Source: Lingula anatina (taxonomy: Eukaryota > Animalia > Brachiopoda). From it: 64,000 nt of DNA. The notes under the pieces were generated by a model. The model saw only the letters and a list, made by a program, of their open reading frames with translations, was not told the DNA's origin and ran no database searches. The position numbers were made by a program, and so were the translations under genes. The stretch is from positions 17,418,587-17,482,586 of the forward strand of contig CM120648.1 of the NCBI GenBank assembly GCA_051362555.1. Direction: 5' to 3'. Position 1 is the stretch's first letter; each line of letters opens with the position of its first letter. Positions 50,701 to 63,149 of this stretch are shown piece after piece.

Positions 50701-50868
50701 CCTAGACCAAAAATATAGTTTTTGAAGTTGAGTTCTACTTAAGGTGTGCACACTTAGACAAATCGGACATAATAGCATTAGAATTAAAACATACAGAAGA
50801 GAAACGGACTTACCGGCATAATAAGGAGCGTAAAAAATCACCATCAGAAGAAGCCTTATTTGATGCAT
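47732..50868 (-). CDS. Secreted, probably GPI-anchored Ly6/uPAR (three-finger) protein with a large acidic insert and an EB/EGF-like module, 376 aa; exons 50814-50868, 49676-50190, 49298-49457, 48742-48863, 48148-48325, 47732-47832
   Basis: All introns GT-AG with consistent phases 1,0,1,0,1; 1131 nt open. Signal peptide MHQIRLLLMVIFYAPYYADA; IKCYTC start; KKGC; YCCFLSKCN end (10 Cys); then CRRDDDC..SVC....CFCRKGF..GPIC; hydrophobic tail DVLVVTLALVVTAVTL. Confidence 0.88.
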
Positions 50869-51506
50869 TATTTGGTTAGGTAATAATTTTAAATGAGATC
50901 AATGAGGTTAAAAAATATCACACCAGTCGATAAAAAAACATTGACTTTCTCTTCTGTGACAGCAGCAGCAGCAAGCTGTTGAGAATGAGGCCAAAGTGGG
51001 TGAAAACTGCAAATGATGTCTCGCTGACGTCACAAGAGCTGTTAAAAATTACTTGTTATAATTTCGATTTTGATAGAGCTTGTTTTATGACATGACGCAA
51101 TGGTGTTTATATATATAAAAAAGAAATGCGTTAAAGATATGAATAATTTAACAAGAAAAGATGAATAATTTAATAAGAAAACACAATCTTCCACTATTTT
51201 CTAATGCATGAGAAGTACGTTCTTCAGTTCGAAGTTTGAGAGAAGTTTGATCCAAACCCGCTTTTAGCTGACTATTCTTTATGATAGTTATTTACACGTT
51301 GTCCATAAGACGTCACACAGTCCCCCACCTGGAGCGCACCACCACCTGTGACAGGGGTGAGGTCGGCATAATTGAAGAATAAAAAGTCAACATTTGGCTT
51401 TAATTGATTCATTGTCGTCTTATACAGTACAGTGAAGACATCATGGCGATAAAACACAGACGCCTTGTGTACAAATTCGTTGTAGTTTAATTTTCTTCTC
51501 TCTCTC

Positions 51507-51511
<5 letters not shown>

Positions 51512-51551
<40 letters not shown>

Positions 51552-51555
51552 GTGT
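51512..51555. repeat. (GT)n microsatellite
   Basis: Direct reading. Confidence 0.95.
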
Positions 51556-51906
51556 AACTTGTCGCGCTTTAATATCTCAGTGAAGATTCAACATGTCAAC
51601 CTTCCTGTACAAACGTGACTATTTTTGTGCAGAAATAAAGATAATGACTTGCTTGTCATAATTATAAACTATTGAGCAACTTTTTGGTTAAGGCATGATA
51701 ACCCAGACGTCAATATGAACTAAGCCCGGTCCAAAGCAGCTCTTGTCTGAACCCGGCTTAGTGTTTTCATTTTCCTTTTTATATAATTGAAGTGAAGGAA
51801 GTTGGCAAAAAGGTCATCGGAGCATTTTTGGGGTGGGCCACGCTCCAAATATCACAGGTGCACATAAAGAGAGAACAGAATGGTAGAAGACAATATGCGA
51901 TTTTAA

Positions 51907-52172
51907 GGTCGCATTCAGAACAGAGGATCCTTGGATCTACTTGATCCCGGATCAAATATGGCGGACCCCTTAGCAAGACTGTCTACATGAAAGCAAGACC
52001 GCCTATTCCTTAAATTTCGGCTTGGAGGTTTAATTGTTAGACTTCTGCAAGGAAGGCGCGTATGGAGGTTGGGAGACCATTAAGGGATTAGGCGGTCTTG
52101 CTTTCATGTAGTGTCCACCATATTTAATCCACAGACCAGTAGATCCAAGGATCATCTGTTGTGAATGCGGCC
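51907..52172. mobile_element. Fold-back Tourist/PIF-Harbinger-like MITE (family B), 266 bp
   Basis: TAA|GGTCGCATTCAGAACAGAGGATCCTTGGATCTACT ... AGTAGATCCAAGGATCATCTGTTGTGAATGCGGCC|TAA; inner arms CTACATGAAAGCAAGACCGCCTA / TAGGCGGTCTTGCTTTCATGTAG. Confidence 0.85.
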
Positions 52173-53682
52173 TAAGACATCAAAAAAAAAAAAAAAAAAA
52201 AAAAAAGAAATGAACGTAACACACAGTACAGATTATACATTAATTGTTGTGTGGACGGAGGGTATAAAATAATGTGGTATTGACGCAGCAAAGACCTAAA
52301 TAAATAATTTAATAGATGAATAAATGTGTACCTTTCAACCAAAAGTGACTAGCTGTCGCTGTCAATAAGATAAAAAATCGAGTATGTATTGTCTTCGTCT
52401 GCACGTCTCCTGAGGTGAGACTATTTATGTCTACACCTGTGTTTATGTGATTAAATAATTAAAATCAGCTGTTTTACAGTTGAATTAGACTGAAAGAAAA
52501 GAGAATTCTAATCAGGTATCGGCTTATGTCAGAATTAAATAATGAATAGCCGAGGGTTCTTGTTACCTAAGCCGCTTTTCCCTTTTATTTGCTTTTCTTA
52601 TTTCTTTTGTGTATTTTTGTTCCAAGGCTGACAAAATGCACACTGTGAAATGCCGAAGATTTATAAAAGAAGAAGAAACTTCAAGGAGTGGTCCCATTGC
52701 CGACAGATAAGGTCTTTTTATATTAAAAAATGATAAGAAATAAGACTTTGTTCAACTTGATGTGTTAAGATAAGAAGATGTAGTGCAGTTACTGATAGAA
52801 AAGGAACGGTACCTGACGAAATGCTCGCGTGCATTACCCGTTACAGTGCAGTACTATTAAAACAGGGGTCATGTATAGTTGTGTTAATAACACGACAAAA
52901 TAAATTGATAAATAAGGATCAAATTATTAGTAGAATCTTCCATCCATGTCCGTGATCTTGTCAAAAATATACCTCCAACTTTTCTTACGTTTGATTTTAA
53001 CCTCGCATTTTTTTGTGTATTTCTCCATCGTCACTTTGATGCATTTACTTCATGATCATTTAGTTGCTACACTTTGGTTTATAGCAATGGGCCTTGTGTT
53101 TCAATAGGTTGGTCAACAAAACTGGCTGTGAGATATCCTAATAGATTCAAACAGTGTACCTCTTATACATCCTACTTACTGCAACATATTGGAAATAAGA
53201 TCAGCTGCATAGTGATAATTAACATTGCGGATCTGTTATGTGTACAATCCAATACTACACATAAAAAGACGCCAAAACATGACGTCTTTGGATTGAAATC
53301 AAATTTCCCCTCTACAACACTGGTCGATCATTAATTTCCTTCTTCAGTATTCTGGCACAGCGATACTCTAAATGAAGACGGTAACAGAAATGGATTGAAA
53401 TTCTCCAAGCATGCTTTTACGTGGGATGGTTTCCGATGTTGTATTAGGGTGAAATGAAGGACAATGATGCGGACACATGCACCTTGTACTGAGTAGTGAT
53501 GTCGTATTGACCAGTACGTCAATCATATTATGTGTTGTTCGTAAACCTCTGGTCATAAGCAGAATGAAAAGGAAGAGTCAAAGGTATCAGATCTTCAGTC
53601 GTATATTTTATATAGGCAAATAATGTTTAGCACCTCTTTAGGTGTCTCATTGTTCAGACCTGGAGTAGGTTTGTATAAGAAA

Positions 53683-53714
<32 letters not shown>

Positions 53715-54326
53715 GAATGAATAAATAAGCAGGTAGCTCTATAGTTCTATTTTATGCAGAAAAAAGAAAAAAGTGCTACATAGAAATGTAAATTTGTGAT
53801 TATAAAATATATATTGGAAGTTGCATATTTTTTTGCTCATTGAAAAGATCGGTATAATCGTAAAATTGAATCGAACTTCCAAGTAAATCTAACTATTTAC
53901 AGCGGTATATATTAAAGCAATAAAACAAAACAAAAGCTCTGTTGGGATTTTGAGCCAGTAGCACTAACAAACTTGAAATATATGTAAACATCAATGATCA
54001 AAAATATTGATTAAAACAAAGTATTTAATTAAAATACAAATATACAAGTAAAAGGCCTTAAGTTAAATCAATACGCCATACACAGCGACTAATCAAAGTT
54101 AGTCAACAATACTGGTACACCGTGGAAAAATTATTAAAAAACTGATGCAAAGAATCAACCCAGTGCAATTAGTATGCCTATATATTGAGCAGAAGTAGTC
54201 CATTACCCACTGGCGTGATCGATACATTTGTTTTCCCGGTAGAAAACGTACTTAACCATTAAGTGCAATCTTATTTAGGGAGTTGATTTTCAACTTAGAA
54301 GTAAAGAGACCCTTAGCAGGTAAAAC

Positions 54327-57300
54327 ATGGCCCTCAGTGTGGTCAAGCGTGTGCTGACAGGGATAGTGACACTTACTCTGGTGACAGTTCAGTGTGAAAG
54401 GGCATCAAGATATCACCGATACGTCGCACCGTCTGGCTGCTCCAACAACGTGTACCACGCCAACGTCACAGCTACGTATTACGTGAATACGAGGACAGAG
54501 TGCGCTTTGCGATGTACCTCTACCGCCCCACAATGCCAAGGCTTTAATTTGTACCAAAATGGAAGTCGGAGTGTGTGTCAGTTAGTTGGGGGACGCTCTG
54601 ATGAGAAAGGCTCTGGGGTTTCGGACGGGGAAGGATTCAGGTTTTTTGAACAGGTAGAATATTTAGTACGTACATGTAGTTGCTTAGTGCTGTTATTTTG
54701 TATGGTTTAGTGGTGTGCTTTCAAAGTTTCGCAGCTGTTCATTTTGAACAAAAAACTTGACTAAACATTCTGTACAATATAATAGAATAAGATTGGGTAG
54801 GATAGGATAAAACAAAATAGGATAGGATAGAATGGAATGAAGTGGAATAGGACAGGACGGGATAGGAACGAATAGAATAGAATGCTTTTTAATATTTTTT
54901 AACTCAACTTAAGAAAAATGATATCATATCTCCCCTGCAAATTACGGCACTCCCACCGTTCTACACTTACAGTAAATTGAGCACTGGTTTTTCCCCTTGG
55001 TTATTACATGTAAGAGTTGGATGGAACCCTTCTGGGCTCTTCACAGACTAATTTATAACAGATCGTCTCAACCGTAAATCATAAGATAATCTGCAGACTA
55101 ACAGATCGCGGGGTTCACGCGGTAAGCTTTCAAGTGGGCTGGGCATTTGATCGGCAAGTCTGTTAGTTCGTGTATCAACCTTTGTTGTGAATACGGCCAC
55201 AGAAAGAACCCTGCTCATATTAATTAATTCATTTATTTATCTAATTCTATATTTATTTTTCCCAACAATAATCGCTGCTTCTTAACTGAAAGCGCTATAA
55301 TTCTGTGAAATTTTTATCTGTCTGTAGTGTCTCTTTTTGGCTTATCGATTTCTTGCCTTTTGTTTATAAACACGTAAAGAGACGGAAGTTTGGCGTGCCA
55401 ATAATTTCATTTTTCTTTTTTATTTTCCAATTTCCTGTTTTAAGATCAATAGGGTCATCGTGTCATAACATAACGCTTAATATTAACTTTTCTGTACATT
55501 TTTTCTCATGTAAATAGCTAAAGGGCAACTTACAACGCTTTTGTAATGTGACCAACTTGTTACAATTATAAATGAAATACTTCATGATAAATGTTACAAC
55601 TTGACCAACTTGTTACAGTTATAAATGAAATACTTCATGATAAATGCCCCAGTATATCCGCTCAAGCAGTATAAAAGAAATCGACGTTTTGCTATGTATT
55701 TTTCTCTGGTAAATGAGTGTCATGTTTCATTTCTTTTCCGACCTGAACGCTCAGTTCTGATCAATAACTAAAAGCACTGTCAATGGCTTCACCTGTGCCT
55801 ATTTGAACAGCGAATTGATTGCACAATGTTTTAATGCATTTGGACGAGATTCAGGAAAATACATACCGTCATATTACTGACTGATTTCCTCGTTTTTCAG
55901 TTAGAGGTCGGGACAGAGTCGACAACTTGCTCTTTGAGAGGTGAGTATTGAGCCATACCTGTGACGGTATCCATATACACTGGGTGTGCTTCTTTACAAA
56001 ATAAACCTTAATTTCATACAGTAAGCGTTATACTACACATATACACGTACTACTATTCCATTTAATATTACGCCCGTAGCCGAAAAACACATTGTCGAAA
56101 TAATATATGTTGGAATATTTTCTACATTTACTTTTTAAAGAAGAAAATTAACTTGTCCTCTGCAGACTTTGTACAAGCTGATTCTTGTCCCCTCTTTTCA
56201 ATTTGTGACGTATTTATGCTGATCTCTTCAACGGCTTCATCTTTTCAACTTTGCAGTCATTTTATCATCGTTCTATGGATAATGAGACATGAAAAGCCGC
56301 AATTCATCAAACTTAATAAATAACTTGTCATACTCCTACCACTGGACACGTTCTTTGTTTGACGGACTGCAGTTTTGGGTTCTGGTGGAATCAAATGAGA
56401 AATTTCTACATCTGTGTTTTTTTTTTCGGTTGATAACACAAAATAACTTCATTAGAGAATCTGTTGTTATCTGTAATTATCCATGTATTTTTTTATTTAT
56501 AATTACATGTACATTTATCCATTCTTTCGGTACTACCTCTTTCTCATGAATTGACGTTTGACCTTGACCTATATTTTCCAGGGGCGTGTCCAGAATATCA
56601 CTATGTTGCCTCCTCGAGAACTCACGACTCCGCGGTGCAGTACTGTCAATCATTAAACTCCATGCATCTAGCCACGCCCACTAGTCCACAACAGCTGAAC
56701 TGTCTTGTGGATTACCTGAACACTTTGTCATCACGATGTAAGCCTCATCACTTATGGACCATTCCCACAGATATTTGGATCGATCTATCTCTCTGGGGAG
56801 TCTCACTAAATAGCTATCAACGTAATCTGCTTACATGTCTGTCGCGCCTAGTAAAGCTGTTAGGGGGTAATTATCTTTAGCCCCTGGCTGATTCGGTAGG
56901 CGTGACAGACATTTAAGCCTCTTTAGCTGATAGCAATATATCGTAAACCCCCAGGGAGTTAGGTTGTTCCAGATGGATCGATCTAAGTATGGGGACCCAG
57001 TCTTAGACTTCAGTTTTGTATTCTGAGACCACTGTTATATCACAGAGTCTAAAATATTCTGGTATAGCGCCCCGGTCCAAACATAGTTACTATTTTGTTT
57101 TAGATTTCTATACCATACAATTAGCTCCAACACGTATGTGAAAGAAGATTTGGTTGATTTTTACTTTGTTTAACAAACTGTTGTCCTTCGGGGGGAAAAC
57201 AATTTTGTCAGGAGTTTAATTAATTATGAAATCTTAATGACACCCCCTTAAACTAATAACCGAGGCGCGAAACACTACCTGTCAGACAAGTTTATTTCAA

Positions 57301-57564
57301 TATGAAATTTAACGCCGTTTCCTTCCTTTTATTCTTTCAAAACCACGAGCAGCGAGCCGCATATGGTTAGGAGCAGACGATATCTCCCAGGAAGGCGTCT
57401 GGCGGTGGACGGCGTCCACGGGGGAGGTGGTGTCCTACTCCGCCTGGGGAGGGGCAGAACCTAATGGCGGTACTAACGAGAACTGTATGGACATGGACGT
57501 GAATTCGGTCTCCTGGATTGATCAACGCTGTTCGAGAGCCTGGCATTTTGTCTGTCAAGCATAA
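54327..57564 (+). CDS. Secreted PAN/Apple + C-type lectin domain protein, ~244 aa; exons 54327-54653, 55901-55940, 56582-56737, 57353(or 57350)-57564
   Basis: Signal peptide; PAN motif TECALRC...CQGFN...CQL; CTLD motifs AVQYCQS..MHLATP, IWLGADD..EGVWRW, EPNGGTNENC, WIDQRC, FVCQ; phases 0,1,1 consistent; AATAAA at 57616. Confidence 0.88.
55549..55646. repeat. 53-bp tandem duplication
   Basis: TGACCAACTTGTTACA.TTATAAATGAAATACTTCATGATAAATG at 55549 and 55602. Confidence 0.9.
56755..57002. mobile_element. Fold-back MITE family A (inverted orientation) in lectin intron 3
   Basis: GGACCATTCCC...GGATCGATCTATCTC...GGATCGATCTAAGTATGGGGACCCAGTC; TTA on both flanks. Confidence 0.72.
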
Positions 57565-59449
57565 GTGCACTATTGAGATGTTGGTAAACTACATCTCGTG
57601 TTTAATGTTTCATGCAATAAACCTGAAAATTCGAATTTTTCAAAATTTCGATTCATAGATCAGTGTTCAAGTTCCATTTTTTACTATTGTCAAATAAAGT
57701 CTCCATCCATATGGTGTTAGTGGTTAAATATTGAAAAAAAAAACGTAGAATAGAAAAACAGTATATAGATATCAATTCTGTCAATGATATTTGAAATCTT
57801 ATAGCTTGGTAATTAAGGCCAAAATGTTGAAATTTATATGCAAAATCGAATTAAGCAACTTGAAAGTTTAAAAGGGACTGAACTTATTACTGCACGTATA
57901 TAAATATCATTTACACATTATTACATTGGATGTTTTAAGTCATTTATGTTAAATCGATGAAAAAAAAAAGTTCTTTACGGATTAAAGAGGTCCACTGTTT
58001 TCAGTCATGGTATTTTGGCACTCACCTGCTTGAGCAATGTCCAGATCAAGATATGATACAATGGTCGTAGATCAGATATAATTGTGGTAGTGTTTGAGAT
58101 ATTGATGATTGCTTTAAGTGTGACATTTATCGCAATTTAGTTCATCGTCACCGCCAACTGTTTCGGAGCATCCCAGTCAACGAATGATTTTTGCCAAGAA
58201 AACGTCTTTGACATTTTCAGTATTGTAGCACATTGACAGGAAGCGGGTTTTGTCCTCTATATCTAAGGTCGCACAGCGTGCACAATCTATCAAATTCAAA
58301 AATTCGTCGCACATGTATATCTGTGCATATTGCCTCAGTTTTTTATTTGTCCTTAAATGCATTTATGTATAAAGGTATTTACACAGAAGATCTGGCATTT
58401 CAGTGAAATTAACGAGTGTACATTAATACGCTATAAATAAAGGCCATGAAGTTGGATGTTCGTATGACAGACACTTTATTTCTACATACCGCAGTCGACC
58501 ACGAGGTAGTGTAATCGAATTGCATAAGAGATAATTTCAAAGTAATTTGACTCGTTTTATCACGTTTATTGACGACTAAGTGAACTGTTTCGCCTTCGCT
58601 TTTACGTTAATATGTGTATTTTAAGTACGTGTATTAAATAAGGATATCCCCATTTAACATGTACTCTTCCGGTGTCCATCGATATATCTATCGGGACTTT
58701 TTGGATGGTATATCTTATTTAATCATATTTGCTAGAAGACCAAAATCACCTGAATAAATGTTATTAAGTTTGACATACGGTGTTAGTTTTGGATACGTAT
58801 CAAAGATGTCTAAGACCGTCCTGATGACATCAAGGGGTTGTCTCACGCAACAAACACGTTTGGATTTTTATTTATTTGCAAAGTCACATGCTGCACAATT
58901 ACATGAATGAAGTTATGATATGTTTGTGAAAGGTTATGTACTCGTAGATAAGGAAAGAGTACATACTAACTTAAATATGACATTGCTGTTATAGAGTTTA
59001 CTTTTAGTAAGAAAAAATAAATATCTCCATTAAAATACTTAAAATATCAGTTTTTTCCGATTGTGCTACGACTGGTGTAAAAATTCACCAAGCGATTTAA
59101 TCATTTAAGTACATCCCAAAACCAACATAAAACGTGTTATAAATAGAAATAAAATATAATCAGGAATATAAAATGATTAATGTAGGTTTACTTTTTCTCT
59201 TTTCAGCAAATTATCACCCCAGCGATAACCTCGGCTCTTAAAATATTTGGTAGGCATAAAGATTTTTTTAAGAAGCATCTTTAAATTATTAAATTAATTA
59301 CTATTATTTATTTATTTGAGTAGCGGAAACAATGCTCAAAGTCACCACACTAATTAATTTAGAAAATATATTAAATATCCGTAAGCCTTATGGTCTGTGT
59401 GTGTGTGTGGGGGGGGGGGGGGGGGGTAGTGCAAAAGTGCGCCCAGTCT

Positions 59450-60220
59450 CTACCCTTCACAGATGAAGTATCTGAGGCGACTACAAAGCAGGTCGTTCCA
59501 TCCCCCGTCAGTATACAGCTCCATACAGTTTTCTCTATCTTCGCCATTTGGTTCAGTTAACCTCCAGTTAGAATAGTCCGCAGCGGTCCAACGCCAGTCG
59601 CCATTTTGTGCGATGTCGTCTGCTCCCAACCAAAGCCTGGTACTTGCATATACGAACAGAAAGCTGTAGCTATTACCTTTCAGTCAATCATATAGATCTT
59701 GGTAAATTTTATGAATAACTTTAATATTGCACATACCAGTACAAGTTTTGGCCAACAATTTTCTCAGTTTCACAGTTGCAGCTGTCTTAAAAAACTCAAT
59801 TACAGCAATTACAGCAATTAACCTTAAACAATTCAAGTTAGTTTTTTTGAGAATACCCGTTGTTTGTCTTCTTAGCGCATCGAATACTAACACGTTCAAG
59901 AAGAAAGTAAACATTAAGTTTATTCAAATTGCAACCTATTATAAAATTGTAGATCAATAAAGACTTAAAATGTAATTGCTATTATATTAATTACTGTTTG
60001 TTTGCCAACCATGTGGGAGCACGAATGACCACTGACCCAGATACAAATCTAGGTCACTGACATGACGTACCTGCCCCTGGTATTTGCTTCCAAAACGCGT
60101 ACAAAATACTTAATTCTTTCATGGTCTCCGCTGTTGCCAGGTGTGTCCCGTTTGCACGGCAGTATTCTGTCGCTTCTGAGTACGAAAGATCGATATGAAC
60201 GTAAGTGTAGACAGCAGGAG
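59450..60220 (-). pseudogene. C-type lectin terminal exon pair, copy 1 (exons 60071-60220 and 59450-59643); last acceptor mutated
   Basis: Open frames YSEATEYCRANGTHLATAE and LWLGADD...EPNGEDRENC...WNDLLC..YFICEG*; last-exon acceptor reads CAA where copy 2 has CAG; no 5' exons found upstream of it. Confidence 0.7.
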
Positions 60221-60649
60221 CTGGAAAATAAGAAATAAATAGGTCAGGGTCAAGATCATTACCAATATAGGTGAAGGTCAGGCACAATAGAAGTCAGTTT
60301 CAGTCTCAGTAAAAGTTAAGGTCAGTATTAATAAAGCTCAGTCAATTACAACAAAACATATCCTTGTGGAAGGTGTTTGATCAATCAGACATGGTTAAAG
60401 GCCCCTGTGAAAACAGCGGTAAAACAATTTGCAAATTATTTTACTGCATTTATAGTGTAGTGAAGTCAAATATAGAACCGTGGTGACCAATCTCCACCGT
60501 ATACAAATGCACATTTTACTTACGAGATTGAGAACAGGTGACTTGCTGCTCTGACATCTCCAGCTGAAAAATGAACAAACGGCCACTTTACATTATATCA
60601 ATACAAAAAGCAGTCTACAACTTAAAAATATACAAATACAATACAAAAG

Positions 60650-61520
60650 GTTGACATCAATGGGTCTGGTCAATTTGATTTCTATGATCCACTAAAATCA
60701 TTCCGGTGCATTGCCCACGTGAGTCTGTCAGTTTTAAAATCAAGCCAATTTTTTCAAACAAGTCAAAAGTCTTGGTGCTGCATTTTACACTGCCAAAATG
60801 TCTAGGATGGTTGATGGTCGCTGTTAGCCAAATACAATTAATGCATCTTTCGAGTACCTTTGAGAGAAGTGGTGTTATCAAGCCAGGTCTAATGTCTGCC
60901 CCTATGACTTTTGGTGGTGAGAATTTGGCGTCAAATACGCTTGTTTCCAGAGAGGTGGATTAAATATACATTTGGCACATATTGGAGCGGCCAGGTATCC
61001 TGCTACATCGTGGAAAATCCAATAAAAAATTTTACCCGGCCCTGATGACTTGTGGAAGTTGGCTTGGAGAAAGGGTTTCTCAACTTAGTTTTGTGTGACG
61101 GTGTAACTCACGATGTCTGTGGCTGCTTTTCCACTCAATTTTGGTTCTGGAGGTTAAAAGACACTGGTAACAGTTGGAAGAATTTTTTTTTATATGGTAT
61201 CAATAACCGAGTTGGCCTTAGCATTGACTGTCAGCTCAGCACAGCAAAGAATTGGTCGATTCTATTTGTCTAGTCAGTAATTGTAGACGGTGAATATACC
61301 TCACAAGTTTCTCACCGGTAACAGTCAGGGAGCATCCCAGTCAACCAATGACTTTTGTCAAGAAGACGTCTTTGACATCGATATTTTCAATAATGTGAGC
61401 ACGTTAAGAGGAAGTAGATTCTGTCCTATATTTTTTAGGTTACCCAGCGTGTGCAGTCTATCAGATTCAAGAGGGGATGTTCAAAAGTTTATATCAGTGT
61501 ATACTTTTTGTCAGTTATTC
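60650..61520 (-). mobile_element. Degraded LINE (ORF2 remnant)
   Basis: ITPLLSKVLERCI...HFG..KCST...GMILVD resembles non-LTR RT N-terminal motifs; homologous to 63880-64000 and 58165-58340. Confidence 0.6.
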
Positions 61521-61777
61521 GTTTGTTCATTAAAAGAAAAGCTTGCCTCTCAGTATAATTACATGTAATGATTGTATGGAGTACATGTACTAGGATAACC
61601 TAGGCCCTCATAATATTTGGAAGCATTAAAGATTTACATAAAATATCTTAAAATTAGTTAATGAATTACCAAACTATTTTTGGAAGCGGGGACATTGCTC
61701 AAGGTCATCACACTAATTAATTTATTATTGGATGTGGGGGTGGGTGGGTGAGGGTAGTGCGAAAGTGTGCCTAGTGT

Positions 61778-62226
61778 CTACCCTTCGCAGATGAAGTATC
61801 TGAGGATACCACAAGGCAGATCGTTCCACAGCCCGTCTGAATAGAGCCCCATGCAATTTTCATAATCTCCGCCATTCGGCTCATATAACCTCCATGCTGA
61901 ATAGTCCACCGGATCCCCATTCGCAGCGTTCCACCGCCAGTCGCCATTTTGTGCGATGTCGTCTGCTCCCAGCCAAAGAGAACCTGTACTACCTGCATAT
62001 GCGATATGGATCTTGGTAAATTTTATGAATTACATGGAAAGTTTATATATACTGGTACAAGTTAAGGCCAACGATTTTCTCACTTTCACAGTAACGGTTA
62101 TCTCGAATCCTTTGATATTCGTTGTACATAGCTGAAGCATTAACCCTTAATTCAGGTTTTATTGAAAATATCCGTTGTTCGTTTTATTGAAACGTCCAAT
62201 ACTAACATGTTCCAGAATTAGCTTAA

Positions 62227-62271
<45 letters not shown>

Positions 62272-62503
62272 AGAAAAATGTTTATTTCAAACCATGTGGG
62301 TTCACGAATGACCAATGACCCAGATACAGATCTAGGTCAACGACATGACGTACCTGCTCCCGAAATTTGCTGCCAAAACGCGTACAGAGTATTTAATTCT
62401 TCTCTTGTTTCCGCTGTTGCTAGGTGAGCCCCTCTGTCACGACAGTATGCAGTCGCTGCTGAGTAGTCAAAAGCGACAGGAATGTAGGTGTAGACAGCAG
62501 GAG
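61778..62503 (-). CDS. C-type lectin, 3' exons only (62354-62503 and 61778-61992); 5' exons not in the window
   Basis: Intact splice sites, phase 1-1; YSAATAYCRDRGAHLATAE, LWLGADDIAQNGDWRW, EPNGGDYENC, WNDLPC, YFICEG*. Confidence 0.82.
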
Positions 62504-62940
62504 CTAGAAATTACAAAAAAAGTCAGTTTCAAGATCAGAACCAATATAGGTCAAGGCCAGGCACAATAGAAGGCTAGTCTCAATAAACATCAAGGTCAGT
62601 ATCAATATAGGTCAAGGTCAGTCCCAATTACACCGAAACACATCATCGAGCAATTAGGTAGAGCTCGCGGTCCCCTGTGAAAACAGCGTTAATACAATTC
62701 GCAGATGAGTTACTTATAGGTTAGTGAAGTCAGATATGGTACCGTGGTGACCCTACTCCGTCGTATTCACATGTGCATGTTACTTACTAGATTGAGAACA
62801 TGTGACTTGCTGCTCAGACATCTCCAACTGAAAAAAGAGCAAACGGCTACTTTATATTATATCAATACATAAGCAGTGTACAACATAACAACTGCAAATG
62901 CTAATACAGCACAAAATGCTGATGTCAATTTTACCTTTAC

Positions 62941-62988
<48 letters not shown>

Positions 62989-63149
62989 TTGATTGGCAAC
63001 TAAAATCGTTAGATTGCACAACAATATAAATTGTTAAATTCATTAAATGAGTATATGATTAAAAGAAGTATAAATTAAAGCTAAAAACATGAAATAAAAC
63101 ATTTTGTACTCTAATTATATTTTAAAGTGCATTAAGATTCATTTGAAAC

